From Candidatus Methylomirabilis sp. (GTDB taxonomy: Bacteria; Muiribacteriota; Ozemobacteria; Ozemobacterales; Ozemobacteraceae): a stretch of DNA of 64,000 bases. This document shows, piece by piece, positions 18,501-25,992 of the stretch (positions are counted from its first letter, which is position 1; every line of letters begins with the position of its first letter). The stretch lies in the NCBI GenBank assembly GCA_020722725.1, contig DYKG01000003.1, positions 45,129 through 109,128 of the forward strand. Reading direction: 5' to 3'. A model generated the notes under the pieces. It had not been told where the DNA came from. It did not search any database and saw nothing but the letters and a program-made list of their open reading frames with translations. The position numbers were made by a program, and so were the translations under genes.

Positions 18501-20365
18501 CGCGCCGGCAAATCATACCAGATGATTATGCTGCTCGAACCGGCCAATCCTGCTGAATCTAATGCAGTCAGGCGTATTTCATGGCGGCCTGAGCTGAGTA
18601 TGGGCACCACAAGGCTGGTTCCCGAGCCGAGATAGCCATCGATATCAGAGCTCCAGACAATTCTGGCAGCATCGGTAATCAACCCGTCTTCATAATCGTT
18701 GACCACTCCGATAAAATTGATGGTCGAATTGGCGAGAAAGCTGGCATTATCAGCAGGAGCAGTAATTACGCAAACAGGTTTTGCGTTGACTATCGCAATT
18801 TCTTTGGTAGCAGTGCCGATTACGCCTTCGTTGTCGAGACATTGCAAAGCTACAGAATAGCTGCCTGCCTGGCTGAAAGAGTAAGTAAATGAGGCTGTTC
18901 CAGTCTTTTGCATGATGAAATCTGCTGTACCTGTTGCCAGAAACCAGGTCATGCGTTCAGCAGGAATAGCGGTGTTTAAATAATCGCGGCCGCTGCCGAA
19001 AAACTCGATCAGCCCGGGTTCGAAACTGGTGCCGACCGGACGTTCAATCAGAGTCAGAGGTGAAGCGGTCACTTTTACAACTATCTGCTTCTGAGCCGCA
19101 CCGATGCCATCATCAGCCACCACTGTAATATTAGTCGTTAGAGATTCTCCCAGGCCTAATGCCGGCGAGCGCCAGATCATGGTTTTCTGATCCTGACCTG
19201 AAACGATGGTGCCAAGATCGGCGGTCCAGGCGTAAGTCAGATTCAGCCCGGCAGGGAAATCTGGAACTGCTTCAAATTGAGCAAAAGAATCGCCGGGAAT
19301 CTGAAGTGTAGCAGTACCAATAATTTCTACCCGGCGATTGACCGGCTGAACCGCTATGCCATCGGGAAAAGTCACAACCCCTGATGCCACGACGACATCA
19401 AGGCGAGCAGAAGAAGTCAGGCGCGGGTAAGCGAAACCGTCTTCGCGCGCGGAATAGAAAATGGTTGCCGAGGCGTTTTCCGATGGAATTGCCCAATCGG
19501 CGTAGGTATCAGATTTGTAGGAAAAAGTGCTGACCGTGGTCTGCCAGTCGATTGCCAGAGGTTCTCTTTCGGGGTCATAGGCGGCACCGGTCAGACGCAG
19601 AAAAGCGGAACCGTTGGCCGGACTATCGTCAACCGACAGGCTTACTTGGGGAGCCTGATTGGTGATACCGGCCGTAGGAAGCGTTACCCCGACAATCGCC
19701 AGATTATCTTCCCTGAAAGAGGTTGTAGTAAGCACGATTTGCGTCTGTGAAAGATCTTTATCAGCCGGCGGTTCTATTTTGATAGTGCCCATGGCACCTG
19801 TCGGCATGTCGGGCGAAACGTAGTAACCGCCTTCGTCGAGGGCAAACTCTTCGCCCCAGAGCTTGATTTTGCAGCGACCCACCGGATTACCCTGCAGATC
19901 TTTGACCAGAAGCCGCATTTTGATATTCGCCAGATCTTTTTCATACAAATATATGTTTTGCCGCTTTTCCATTGCTTCAGAGCTTACATTCAACTGTTCG
20001 GTTCTGACTTTGAATATCCGCCCGGAAAGCGAAGTCATTCTGGCAATAATCCGGTAATTTCCAGGTGGAACATTGTCGAAGGTAAAATTGCCCTGATCGT
20101 CAGCGCGGGTCGTCATGCCGGGCATTTCTTCAAGAAAAAGGCAAGAATCGATAAATAACCGATTGCTTCTATTGTTTTCAGGGCGCAGCGATGTTACCGT
20201 CGAATCGGTTACAATCGTACCAAAAATACGGCCATTAACCAGTGCAGGACCAACGGGGCTCAAGCCTGTTCCAGCGCCAGAACCTCCGCCGCCGCCACCA
20301 CCACCACCACAGCCGATGAAGATCAATAACCCGATCAGGCAGGCAATGAAAATACGCAGCGCCAT
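12503..20365 (-). CDS. Giant lipoprotein/adhesin (~2620 aa): Ig/PKD-like repeat stalk with C-terminal NHL beta-propeller
   Basis: MALRIFIACLIGLLIFIGC lipobox plus Gly9; carboxypeptidase-regulatory-like N domain (GNFTFDNVPPGNY); nine I.sPAsGt.f..G..i.f.g.Pd repeats; NHL motifs FKNPFGFCVD..IYVADTDNNRI and GEFTEPYGIAI..LYVTDRTNNYI. Alternative TTG start at 20401. Confidence 0.88.
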   Translation of the reverse strand: MALRIFIACLIGLLIFIGCGGGGGGGGGSGAGTGLSPVGPALVNGRIFGTIVTDSTVTSLRPENNRSNRLFIDSCLFLEEMPGMTTRADDQGNFTFDNVPPGNYRIIARMTSLSGRIFKVRTEQLNVSSEAMEKRQNIYLYEKDLANIKMRLLVKDLQGNPVGRCKIKLWGEEFALDEGGYYVSPDMPTGAMGTIKIEPPADKDLSQTQIVLTTTSFREDNLAIVGVTLPTAGITNQAPQVSLSVDDSPANGSAFLRLTGAAYDPEREPLAIDWQTTVSTFSYKSDTYADWAIPSENASATIFYSAREDGFAYPRLTSSARLDVVVASGVVTFPDGIAVQPVNRRVEIIGTATLQIPGDSFAQFEAVPDFPAGLNLTYAWTADLGTIVSGQDQKTMIWRSPALGLGESLTTNITVVADDGIGAAQKQIVVKVTASPLTLIERPVGTSFEPGLIEFFGSGRDYLNTAIPAERMTWFLATGTADFIMQKTGTASFTYSFSQAGSYSVALQCLDNEGVIGTATKEIAIVNAKPVCVITAPADNASFLANSTINFIGVVNDYEDGLITDAARIVWSSDIDGYLGSGTSLVVPILSSGRHEIRLTALDSAGLAGSSSIIIWYDLPARITFLPTDRSVIFAGNSISFLASGTDSDGSVLDVTKFEWYLNNQPAIWQTGESFVIASNSLVPGTYRVRVQGESKLGQADSPTHAIEVGWQLPVITSPASGTRFDPGTSINFAATPNSTGTLNLAWFLNEDPNSFGSGQNVTYSPPNGAYRVSYRGTDSQGFVGSATIGIVVERPPIVTYTPADGACIFAGHNITFNGNAIDTDNNVIPDTRLRWYIDGGFWRTGSVFTVSQGFLLNQMAPGTYQIALEAVGPYGTLATRTHTIRSGITMSQINSPANDSTFTSGTTINFSGVPDSIGPITMQWWANYGQPGATPIGEGANVSTNSLPDGYYNISYFGTDSTGFISSDSINLSIGQFPTMDFSPGAGTAFFAGKNVIFYGVGTDTLTGLPIPANRMAWYIDNTQRLASFSVFTVDPAMVSAVGPGLRQVELRGTNSINAVGKEIKSIYLGVANASISSPLNDTVIPESTMYSFTGTPDTTGPITMQWWLDYNTVGSTLLGNGTTLNAIIPNGNHFITYIGTDSAGVVSSATIRVIVSNSPAINFTPGNGSRLFVGQPFNLTVGGDVVEATAKWYRDSETAAFRSGSPVQVNVGDLSVGLHQIKVEAQNSLGVSSDITNSIYYGVTLAQITAPASGSTFPIGSNVAFAGSPATLAPIDMQWYRSNGGAPVYMSNAASFNTSTIPAGLNTITYLGTDSAGYCSSFSVQILMNDSPTITFTPPADGVSDAVIFAGASFNLAGSGIEAIAPNPPINASTFKWYIDGALFDTGSPATVNAGDLTVGWHTIDAAGVDQYGTTGTGTHDIFYGHPLADIISPASGSTYSIGANINFTGTPDTTAPITMYWYFDYGKAGETLLGNGANLTYSFATRGVKTISYIGTDSAGLLSRKDIQILINETPTMTIAAPVNNGKYFGGQILSVSGSGVDLGGSPILTSTFKWYRDGSSWRNSVANFSATIAELGTGTVNVRLDGTDSFGTTGTVTNTIQTGIDVPQITGPASGTRYALGSNVALTGFPDLTGLIPTEWYWTQGTAVFGAGPNASIATLPRGLHTLSYRGTDSAGTTRSGAIQVVLNNPQTVSIATPVNNGNYFGGQTLAFSGSSTDSGGSAVDTSTFKWFRDGTNFKNGFANFSASVADLPTGTLQIGLQTKDNLGTYNGATHTIEVGISHPSVSSPASGTRYALGSNIALTGSPDLTGVISTEWYWVEGAAVFGAGPNASIATLPRGLQTLTYRGTDDAGTTRSGSIQIVLNNAPAAAIALPANNGRYFGYQTLSFSGTGTDSGGGAIAAANFKWFRDTTNFKSGVDAFTATVAEMPTGTRDIGLQVKDEFNAYGGATYTIEVGVSHPTISSPASGTRFAIGANVNFTGSPDSGGPLTMNWYLDNVTLMGSGANISYAFPTRGLKTITYIGTDSAGLSKSKTIQIVINDPPTFTIIDPDNNGKYFGGQNINFSGSGTDSGGFAIPVASLRWYKNSALYKSGTNSFAGTVAELPTGTINISLGGLDDLGTFNSATYTIQVGIGVPSITAPASGTRFDTGATISFTGTPDLTALIPTDWWWPEGTTSFGGGPTLNTSALTRGVQTITYIGTDTQNTARSSTIQVLIDKLPTFISKPFISSPAKFADGPEYPLPSNYIPIHLASPGMQVTFSVTAQEEDTDIIAPAKINWYEGAVLLGNVATLTRNFETPGSYTYTVQVQDEYNQISTASFTFWIWDSEGYNTFTPLGGAPFGPGTLSGPTAILGFGNNAAFVIDPGNSRIVKLNRLTAGLTTIGDFPSIATETAVASQTHSYLDISYTGTTLYSLGNLSGGNYRIQSWDTGTLHSSIRNYYIPDGNLSTQFKNPFGFCVDANAIYVADTDNNRIKKLDITNGVFFSESQALSTPRDINLINATTLGVSEYGNDKVLRFGNDLNSVASWLSQTVNNPTNFAYSSTGNTYVTDQTAGTPRVHVINSSGNLIYSFGKNGNGIDRGEFTEPYGIAIIQNDLYVTDRTNNYIIRFRTGAW
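13702..15826 (-). repeat. Four highly similar ~531-bp (177-aa) tandem units in the giant lipoprotein
   Basis: GxYFG(G/Y)Q-coding anchors at 15761, 15230, 14699 and 14171 (spacings 531, 531, 528). Two units share PASGTRYALGSN..AVFGAGPNASIATLPRGL almost verbatim. Confidence 0.9.
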
Positions 20366-20418
20366 TCTTTCATGATACCCTGTAGAGAACAGACTAAGCA
20401 ATAGCCGCGCGAGAAAGG

Positions 20419-22635
20419 TTAAAAATTATTGAATTCTTCTTCGGGCACGGCGCTGTCCTGCCAGTTGATGATGGTGAAACCGGCCAGCGGATAAGGCGGG
20501 AAATAGTCGCCACCGCCGCTTACATAAGTCGAATCGTAAACATTGCGTCGCACAACTGACTGGTCATCGCGCAGTGAACCACTAAGATAGGTTTTGGCAG
20601 TGCGATTGCGCAGGTGAATCATCGAGCCGTGGTGGCGCAGAATAAAGCGATTGTTTTTGTCAATGAAAGGCAGGCTCTTCATTTGCGGGCTTTGAATATT
20701 GCCGATTTCGTTGCGCACTTTGGTCGGCATGTTTCCGTTGCTCCAGCGGGCATTGAGCTCGGCAGAATCGATCAGCATGGCGTTTACCGTCATCTCAGGT
20801 ATTTTAAAACCGGTTTTCGGGTATTTCATCGCCAGCTTGAAAAGCCGGTCGGCAGCATTCCATGGGCCCAAAGCCGGGTCAGGTTCGTTATCTTCAATCT
20901 CTTTCTGTGCCTGCTCAAGAATTGAATCGATAATCTTGTCACGGGCACCGGCGAGTATTACTCCGGTCATGTAGGCACGGCCCGCGATTCCCTCGATGAT
21001 TGCAACCCGCTTTAAATCACTTTTCAGGCAGAAGCGCACCTTGTATTCTTCAGGTTTGGAAGAGTAATTAAGATAGTCGCGCAGCTTTTTCAGAGCGGGG
21101 TGAGCAGCGATGCCCGCCATGGTTACCGGAATGATTTCCGGCGGAGTTTTTGGCAATGCTGCCAGAGCATTGATAACGTGAAAATTCAATGCCGTCATGG
21201 GCAAACGCTTGTCTGATGAGGTAGTACTCATTTTCGGCGGAAAAACGGTTGCCCCGAGAACCACCGGGTTAAGCTCATCACCGCCGAGTGCCATGGCAAT
21301 TTCATAATCGATCAGGGTCTTCAATTCATTACGCAGAAAATTCAAGGGTTGCGAATAGTCGAACCAGATGCGGCCCATCGATATGACCATAACCCCGTTT
21401 TTATCGGTGCCGTTACGCGGGTCTTTGGTGTAATCCTTGAAGCCCGGTGTGTAATTCTGGGGATTTTCGTGGTTTTGATTGAAATCGCCGGCAATGTAAA
21501 CGTCTTTTTCACAGAAAATCGTCAGACTTTTCCAGGGCGGGCAGCCCCAGATGCGCAGTGGCACTTCTGAATAAAGCAGCACCTTGTCTTCGACATTTTT
21601 GAATTCCCAGCCGAAAAACAGATCGTAAACCACCTCATCGGCCCGCTCGGGATTGCGCCATTTCGACTCTGAAAATCCTTTGAACCCGCAATTGGCTCGA
21701 AGAAATTCAGGCCTTGGCTTTTGCGCGTTTTTCCAGTATGCCGGGTTCAATGGCGGCAATTTCTGCGGTTTTGCACCATGATAGCCATCCTGGAAGTAAT
21801 AATCGATGACCGTATCACCGGACTTTCTCTCGAACTGCCCGAAAGAATCAGGGTCTGAAGAATCGTTGCCTTTTTTGATCGTGACCCGTGGCCCATTGTT
21901 GAATTCGACCTGAACCGATGACTCGGCCTTTATATGGCCGGGCGTAGAAATCTTTTCGGTTTTCAGAAACTCAAGACCACGATCAAATGGGCCGCGCTGG
22001 CTGAAAATCACAAGTTCATGCCCGTAAAGACGTCCTGACCTTGCTTCCCCAGGAATAATTCTGTATGGCCCATAGCCTCCGGTATCGAGAACCTGCCCGT
22101 CGTAGAAGAGGAAGTTTCCTGGCAGAATCTTTTCAATCACCGTGGAAATCTTACGGCAGGCTCCCTCTACCTTTCCTACAGCTTCAAGCAGAAAGTAGCG
22201 ATGTGATTCATCTACAGTTTCAGTATCAAGGCTGTTCCTGGCCCCTATCAGTTTAACTCTTACCCTGAACTCGCCGTTAAGTTTCATTTCTGGAAGATCG
22301 ACCCGCCCCGAATAAGTTCCCCGGTCGTTCCGGTCGAGCTTAAGCTGCTTGAAACTCTTCAGAAAAAGGTATTTGTGAGGGGCCGGTGACGACCATTTTT
22401 CACTGGGAATATAGGGGTTGCCATGGGTGACAAACTGGTAATCGGCTTTCATCTCTGCCAGCACGCAATGCAGACCTGTTTCGGCGACACACAGTGCCAG
22501 ATAATCACGGGCTGATTTTGACAGAAGATTTATCTGGCCGCGCTGAAAATTAAGCACTGCACCGCCGAGAATACCCAGAACGAGGCATACCATCAGCAGA
22601 ACGATCAGAGCCTGCCCGCTTCTGAAGCCGATCAT
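20419..22635 (-). CDS. PilX/GspK-like minor pilin with large C-terminal domain
   Basis: RSG|QALIVLLMVCLVLGILGG class III-like signal lacking Glu5; A..VAETGL PilX-type motif; ATGA-coupled to the upstream pilin gene. Confidence 0.7.
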   Translation of the reverse strand: MIGFRSGQALIVLLMVCLVLGILGGAVLNFQRGQINLLSKSARDYLALCVAETGLHCVLAEMKADYQFVTHGNPYIPSEKWSSPAPHKYLFLKSFKQLKLDRNDRGTYSGRVDLPEMKLNGEFRVRVKLIGARNSLDTETVDESHRYFLLEAVGKVEGACRKISTVIEKILPGNFLFYDGQVLDTGGYGPYRIIPGEARSGRLYGHELVIFSQRGPFDRGLEFLKTEKISTPGHIKAESSVQVEFNNGPRVTIKKGNDSSDPDSFGQFERKSGDTVIDYYFQDGYHGAKPQKLPPLNPAYWKNAQKPRPEFLRANCGFKGFSESKWRNPERADEVVYDLFFGWEFKNVEDKVLLYSEVPLRIWGCPPWKSLTIFCEKDVYIAGDFNQNHENPQNYTPGFKDYTKDPRNGTDKNGVMVISMGRIWFDYSQPLNFLRNELKTLIDYEIAMALGGDELNPVVLGATVFPPKMSTTSSDKRLPMTALNFHVINALAALPKTPPEIIPVTMAGIAAHPALKKLRDYLNYSSKPEEYKVRFCLKSDLKRVAIIEGIAGRAYMTGVILAGARDKIIDSILEQAQKEIEDNEPDPALGPWNAADRLFKLAMKYPKTGFKIPEMTVNAMLIDSAELNARWSNGNMPTKVRNEIGNIQSPQMKSLPFIDKNNRFILRHHGSMIHLRNRTAKTYLSGSLRDDQSVVRRNVYDSTYVSGGGDYFPPYPLAGFTIINWQDSAVPEEEFNNF

Positions 22636-23339
22636 GGATGAACTCCGTTCAATTTTCCTCTTATCGAAAAACAGGTGCGAACCTGGTGAACAGCATCGTC
22701 TTCTTTGTTCTTATCGTTGTTCTTTCTTACAAACGTTGCTCTGACATGGACAAGGTAGGGTCCGGTTCCATCAAGTTCATACGGGTCAAAATTAAGCAGA
22801 TTTTTAAAAGGCAGGCCGGAAGCAAAACCGGTAAGTGAAACCGGCTTTCTGTTAGTCGTATAAATCAGCATTTCTTTGATGCCTTCACAGATTTTTTTTC
22901 GATGTTTTTTTTTGTTTCCGGGAATGTTTGATTTGACCAGGCGATAAAGGTCGCTGGTACCATCGTCACATTTTTCAAGCGAATATTCAATTATTTCTTC
23001 ACGCAGAAAACCCGGATCAGGTGGCTTCAGGGCGAAATCAAAAAACTGTTGTCTTAAAGAACAGACCTTGCCCTCATTGGTCGCCATAAGCTGTGGGACA
23101 GTCTGACGATTGGTCTGCCGAGGAAAATCGAGCCAGGCTGAATTTCGAATGTCGTTGCCAAGATGGGCAAAAAATCGGCGGGCATTCTCGTTGACGCCGA
23201 TGTGTTCCAGGGCTGTTTTAATCTGCCGGACTTCGGCAAAAAACAGCCTATAAACCGCCAGCATAAGCACAGAAAACAAAGCAGCGGCAATTATTACTTC
23301 AAAAAGAGTAATAGCATTGCGTTTGTTTGAAATTTTCAT
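22632..23339 (-). CDS. Prepilin-type protein, PilW/GspJ-like
   Basis: KRNA|ITLFEVIIAAALFSVLMLAV with Glu5; LGNDIRNS motif. Confidence 0.8.
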   Translation of the reverse strand: MKISNKRNAITLFEVIIAAALFSVLMLAVYRLFFAEVRQIKTALEHIGVNENARRFFAHLGNDIRNSAWLDFPRQTNRQTVPQLMATNEGKVCSLRQQFFDFALKPPDPGFLREEIIEYSLEKCDDGTSDLYRLVKSNIPGNKKKHRKKICEGIKEMLIYTTNRKPVSLTGFASGLPFKNLLNFDPYELDGTGPYLVHVRATFVRKNNDKNKEDDAVHQVRTCFSIRGKLNGVHP

Positions 23340-23346
23340 TTGATTT

Positions 23347-23835
23347 TTACCACAGATCGCAATGGGCGGTTACCGTTTCAAAAACAACCGATTTGCCATC
23401 AACACCGGATTTCCACTCAACCCTGACCTTGACCAGCTTCAGCCCAGATTCGACATCGGGATTATCAGAAGGAACCTCTTCAACGTTGATTGTGCGACGA
23501 TACTTCACTCCGCCGATCTCTATCACAGGCACAAAACCGTCACCATTTTTTACGTCATACGGGTTCTCGGACGAATGAAAATCTGCTATCAGGGTATTTT
23601 TTCGACCATCGCGGTCAACCCCGATTTCTCGGCCACGAGCGGCTCTAATCGCTTCAATTGCCTGGTTTGTCAGGAAAATTGCATTTTCATAATTTCTGAC
23701 TTTTGCCACTCCGGTAAAACTGCTCGAAATTGTCCAGCCGATAATAAAAACTACAACCATCAGCAATCCAGCAATGATGATTTCCACAAAAGTCATCGCT
23801 TTTCGATTTTCTGTATTCATAGCCTTTCTGCGCAT
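23347..23835 (-). CDS. Prepilin-type protein, PilV/GspI-like
   Basis: NRKA|MTFVEIIIAGLLMVVVF; A..L.NQAIEAIR; YRRTINV..LKLVKVRVEW. Start may be 23820. Confidence 0.8.
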   Translation of the reverse strand: MRRKAMNTENRKAMTFVEIIIAGLLMVVVFIIGWTISSSFTGVAKVRNYENAIFLTNQAIEAIRAARGREIGVDRDGRKNTLIADFHSSENPYDVKNGDGFVPVIEIGGVKYRRTINVEEVPSDNPDVESGLKLVKVRVEWKSGVDGKSVVFETVTAHCDLW

Positions 23836-23907
23836 TCAAGAGAACCTTAATTTTGTATCAGGCGCTTCTGCCCTGAATTTTATCACAAAAAACTTTTGAA
23901 TAAGCAG

Positions 23908-23946
23908 AAAAAAATTAAGCCCTGCAGCCGAATTCGACTACAGGGC
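23908..23946 (-). terminator. Rho-independent terminator after the transglutaminase-like gene
   Basis: Minus strand GCCCTGTAGTCG-AATT-CGGCTGCAGGGC followed by TTAATTTTTTT. Confidence 0.8.
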
Positions 23947-23962
23947 CATTTGAAAACGCCAA

Positions 23963-24949
23963 TCAGAAAATATCTTGCGGGTTGAGCCCGGCTTCCATTA
24001 TTACCATGTCTGGTGTCCGGCCGGTTCCATCGCGAAGATCCTGGGTTTCGGGGCCATCGACGATTTCTTTAACGAATTTCGGGTCGAGACAGGGGTTTTC
24101 CTGGTTCGAATTGGGAGGATTGGGAGCATCGCCAGTGGGAACCCAGACGAAATCGGGGTGATTCCTGCTTGAAGAACCGGTCCACTCGCCCTCGATAATA
24201 TTGCCATTACCATCGAGAAAAAGGTTATAGGTATAGGTAGTGCTGAACCATTTTGTACCGAGAAAATCAGGTTTAACTCCATCGTCGGCGTAATAAACCG
24301 TGGTTTTAACCTTGAGTTTGGAATCATCGAACCATCCGGTTGACCAGCTTGATTCGAATTTGAACATGGGGAAATTCCAGACCTGGTTGTCCCACGAAGT
24401 GTCGCAGATCATGGCGCTCTTACCAGATGCAATATATTCCATTAGCAATCGGTGAAATTCATCGGGATAAATATCATCGGGGTCATCATTGCTTTTGCCC
24501 CAGTTACGATTGCCGTAGAATTTACAGTAGGTATTCATGTAAAGTTCTGACAGAATAGCCTTCTGGTCTGAGGTTTCAAAAACGATTCCGTTTCTAACAT
24601 GTTTTTTTCTTGGTTCGGGGGTAAGCATCGATGCAGCTGACCAGCCATTGCAATGGCCTTCCCAGTTTTCGGCATTGGGATTGTAATGGGCGTTGCGCGG
24701 ATTGCTTTCCCAAGCATGAGCGCCAGGGTTTTTACCGGTGCGGCTCTGAACGAAGGCATCATAGCGTTCGAGTGGCGATGGACTGTGACCCGGCCAGCCT
24801 TTAACCATGAATCCTTTTTTACGTGACCACCAGTCACCAGACCATGGAGCCGGCTTGATTTCACCGGATGCGGAACCATCATCAGCAGCAACTGCAACTA
24901 ATGGAGAAAATAACGACAGCACTAAAACAATTAACAGAGTCTTATTCAT
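23963..24949 (-). CDS. Secreted transglutaminase-elicitor-like (GP42/TGase_elicitor-type) protein
   Basis: Sec signal; PWSGDWW, SPLERYD, WEGHCNGWSAAS..EP..NGIVF..DQKA, VWNFP, YxYxL..GNIIEGEW, HPDFVW motifs in the expected order. Confidence 0.75.
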   Translation of the reverse strand: MNKTLLIVLVLSLFSPLVAVAADDGSASGEIKPAPWSGDWWSRKKGFMVKGWPGHSPSPLERYDAFVQSRTGKNPGAHAWESNPRNAHYNPNAENWEGHCNGWSAASMLTPEPRKKHVRNGIVFETSDQKAILSELYMNTYCKFYGNRNWGKSNDDPDDIYPDEFHRLLMEYIASGKSAMICDTSWDNQVWNFPMFKFESSWSTGWFDDSKLKVKTTVYYADDGVKPDFLGTKWFSTTYTYNLFLDGNGNIIEGEWTGSSSRNHPDFVWVPTGDAPNPPNSNQENPCLDPKFVKEIVDGPETQDLRDGTGRTPDMVIMEAGLNPQDIF

Positions 24950-25734
24950 CAGTCATTGCCTCCGTTCTGGTTGTTCTGACCGGCATTTTTCGGCAGCAGC
25001 AGGCGAATTTTGCGAGCAACGCTTTCAGAGCGCAAAGCCCAGGGTGAGCCTTCCTGCCACAGCTGCATCAGACTGGTATTTGATCGTGGTTCAGCGAGTT
25101 CAACCTGAAAATTCCGGCTGTTTGAGCGATAAGCATTGAAAGTATCAGCAAACTGCTTTTCAGGAGCTTTGTTTTTCTGGGCGACGGTTCGCTTGAAAGA
25201 AAGGTTACCTACTTTGGTAACCCGGCTGAAGCTCTGGGCCACCGGTTCACTGCGATAGGCATTGAATCCATCGGCATTCTGTATGGCGGCATCAGATCGA
25301 ACCAACGGAAAAACCGGAAGATCGTAGGGAACCAGAGTATCTTCCGCCAGCAATGGCTGGGGGTTCATCGGATCAAGGTCTCTTTCGCTGCTCTTAACAC
25401 CTTCATTCGTCGGGTAAATATCGATAACGCGAATTGGCCGAAGATCATCGACTGCCAGCCACAGAACCGCCTGAACTTTCATCGAAACATTGCGCGGAAA
25501 AACATGAATAACATAGCAGTTTTGATCGGCAATGGCCTTGATGGCCCTGACTTTGAACACCCATTGAATAGGGGGCATCCAGACTTCACCTGGCAAACGC
25601 ATATCGCGGTATGAAGCTTCGAGAAGCCAATGATCGCCCACATTCCATTTCGGCACAAAACCCTCAGCCGCGCTTAACGGGCTGGAACACAGCAGCACAA
25701 CCGCCATCACCAATCCAGGAATCCAGTTTCGCAT
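24949..25734 (-). CDS. Secreted hypothetical protein, translationally coupled to the transglutaminase-like gene
   Basis: Signal peptide, GGAGG RBS, PKWNVGDHW N-terminal motif, TGATG overlap. Confidence 0.8.
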   Translation of the reverse strand: MRNWIPGLVMAVVLLCSSPLSAAEGFVPKWNVGDHWLLEASYRDMRLPGEVWMPPIQWVFKVRAIKAIADQNCYVIHVFPRNVSMKVQAVLWLAVDDLRPIRVIDIYPTNEGVKSSERDLDPMNPQPLLAEDTLVPYDLPVFPLVRSDAAIQNADGFNAYRSEPVAQSFSRVTKVGNLSFKRTVAQKNKAPEKQFADTFNAYRSNSRNFQVELAEPRSNTSLMQLWQEGSPWALRSESVARKIRLLLPKNAGQNNQNGGND

Positions 25735-25765
25735 TTTCTACCTCCGAACGGAGAATCGTACAGTA

Positions 25766-25794
25766 AGTTTACTCACAAAAAAGCAATGCGTCAA
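25766..25794 (-). promoter_or_regulatory. Putative sigma70 promoter of the hypothetical-transglutaminase operon
   Basis: Minus strand TTGACG-17 bp-TAAACT. Confidence 0.55.
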
Positions 25795-25832
25795 TTATCA
25801 ACCATAAGGTAAGATTGGCTAAAATAAAAGAA

Positions 25833-25906
25833 CGCACCTACCTGGACTCGAACCAGGGGCACCAGGATTAGGAATCCTGTGCTCTATCCACCTGAGCTAT
25901 AGGTGC
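25833..25906 (-). tRNA. tRNA-Arg(CCT), CCA not encoded
   Basis: GCACCTA acceptor stem, TAGCTCAGGTGGATAGAGC D arm, CAGGA-TTCCTAA-TCCTG anticodon arm, CCTGG-TTCGAGT-CCAGG T arm. Confidence 0.97.
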
Positions 25907-25919
25907 AGCTAACTTCTTG

Positions 25920-25948
25920 ATTCTACTAATTTTTTCTGGCAAAATCAA
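25920..25948 (-). promoter_or_regulatory. Putative tRNA promoter
   Basis: Minus strand TTGATT-17 bp-TAGAAT, 13 nt upstream of the tRNA. Confidence 0.55.
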
Positions 25949-25992
25949 GTCGAAAACATTATGCTTTCAAAAACAGCTGAAAGGTTAAGATC

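Noticed and set aside
20284..20314. Poly-Gly (GGY)n tract as a phase-variation switch
   Set aside because: Triplet units keep the frame; it is a post-lipobox linker, also present in shorter form in the other giant lipoprotein.
22891..22917. Homopolymer runs in the pilW-like gene as slippage sites
   Set aside because: The ORF is intact and the runs encode Lys-rich NKKKHRKK; similar A/T runs are common across the window.
25833..25906. tRNA-Arg as the integration site of a genomic island
   Set aside because: No integrase is present, I saw no duplicated tRNA 3' end, and flanking genes look compositionally native.
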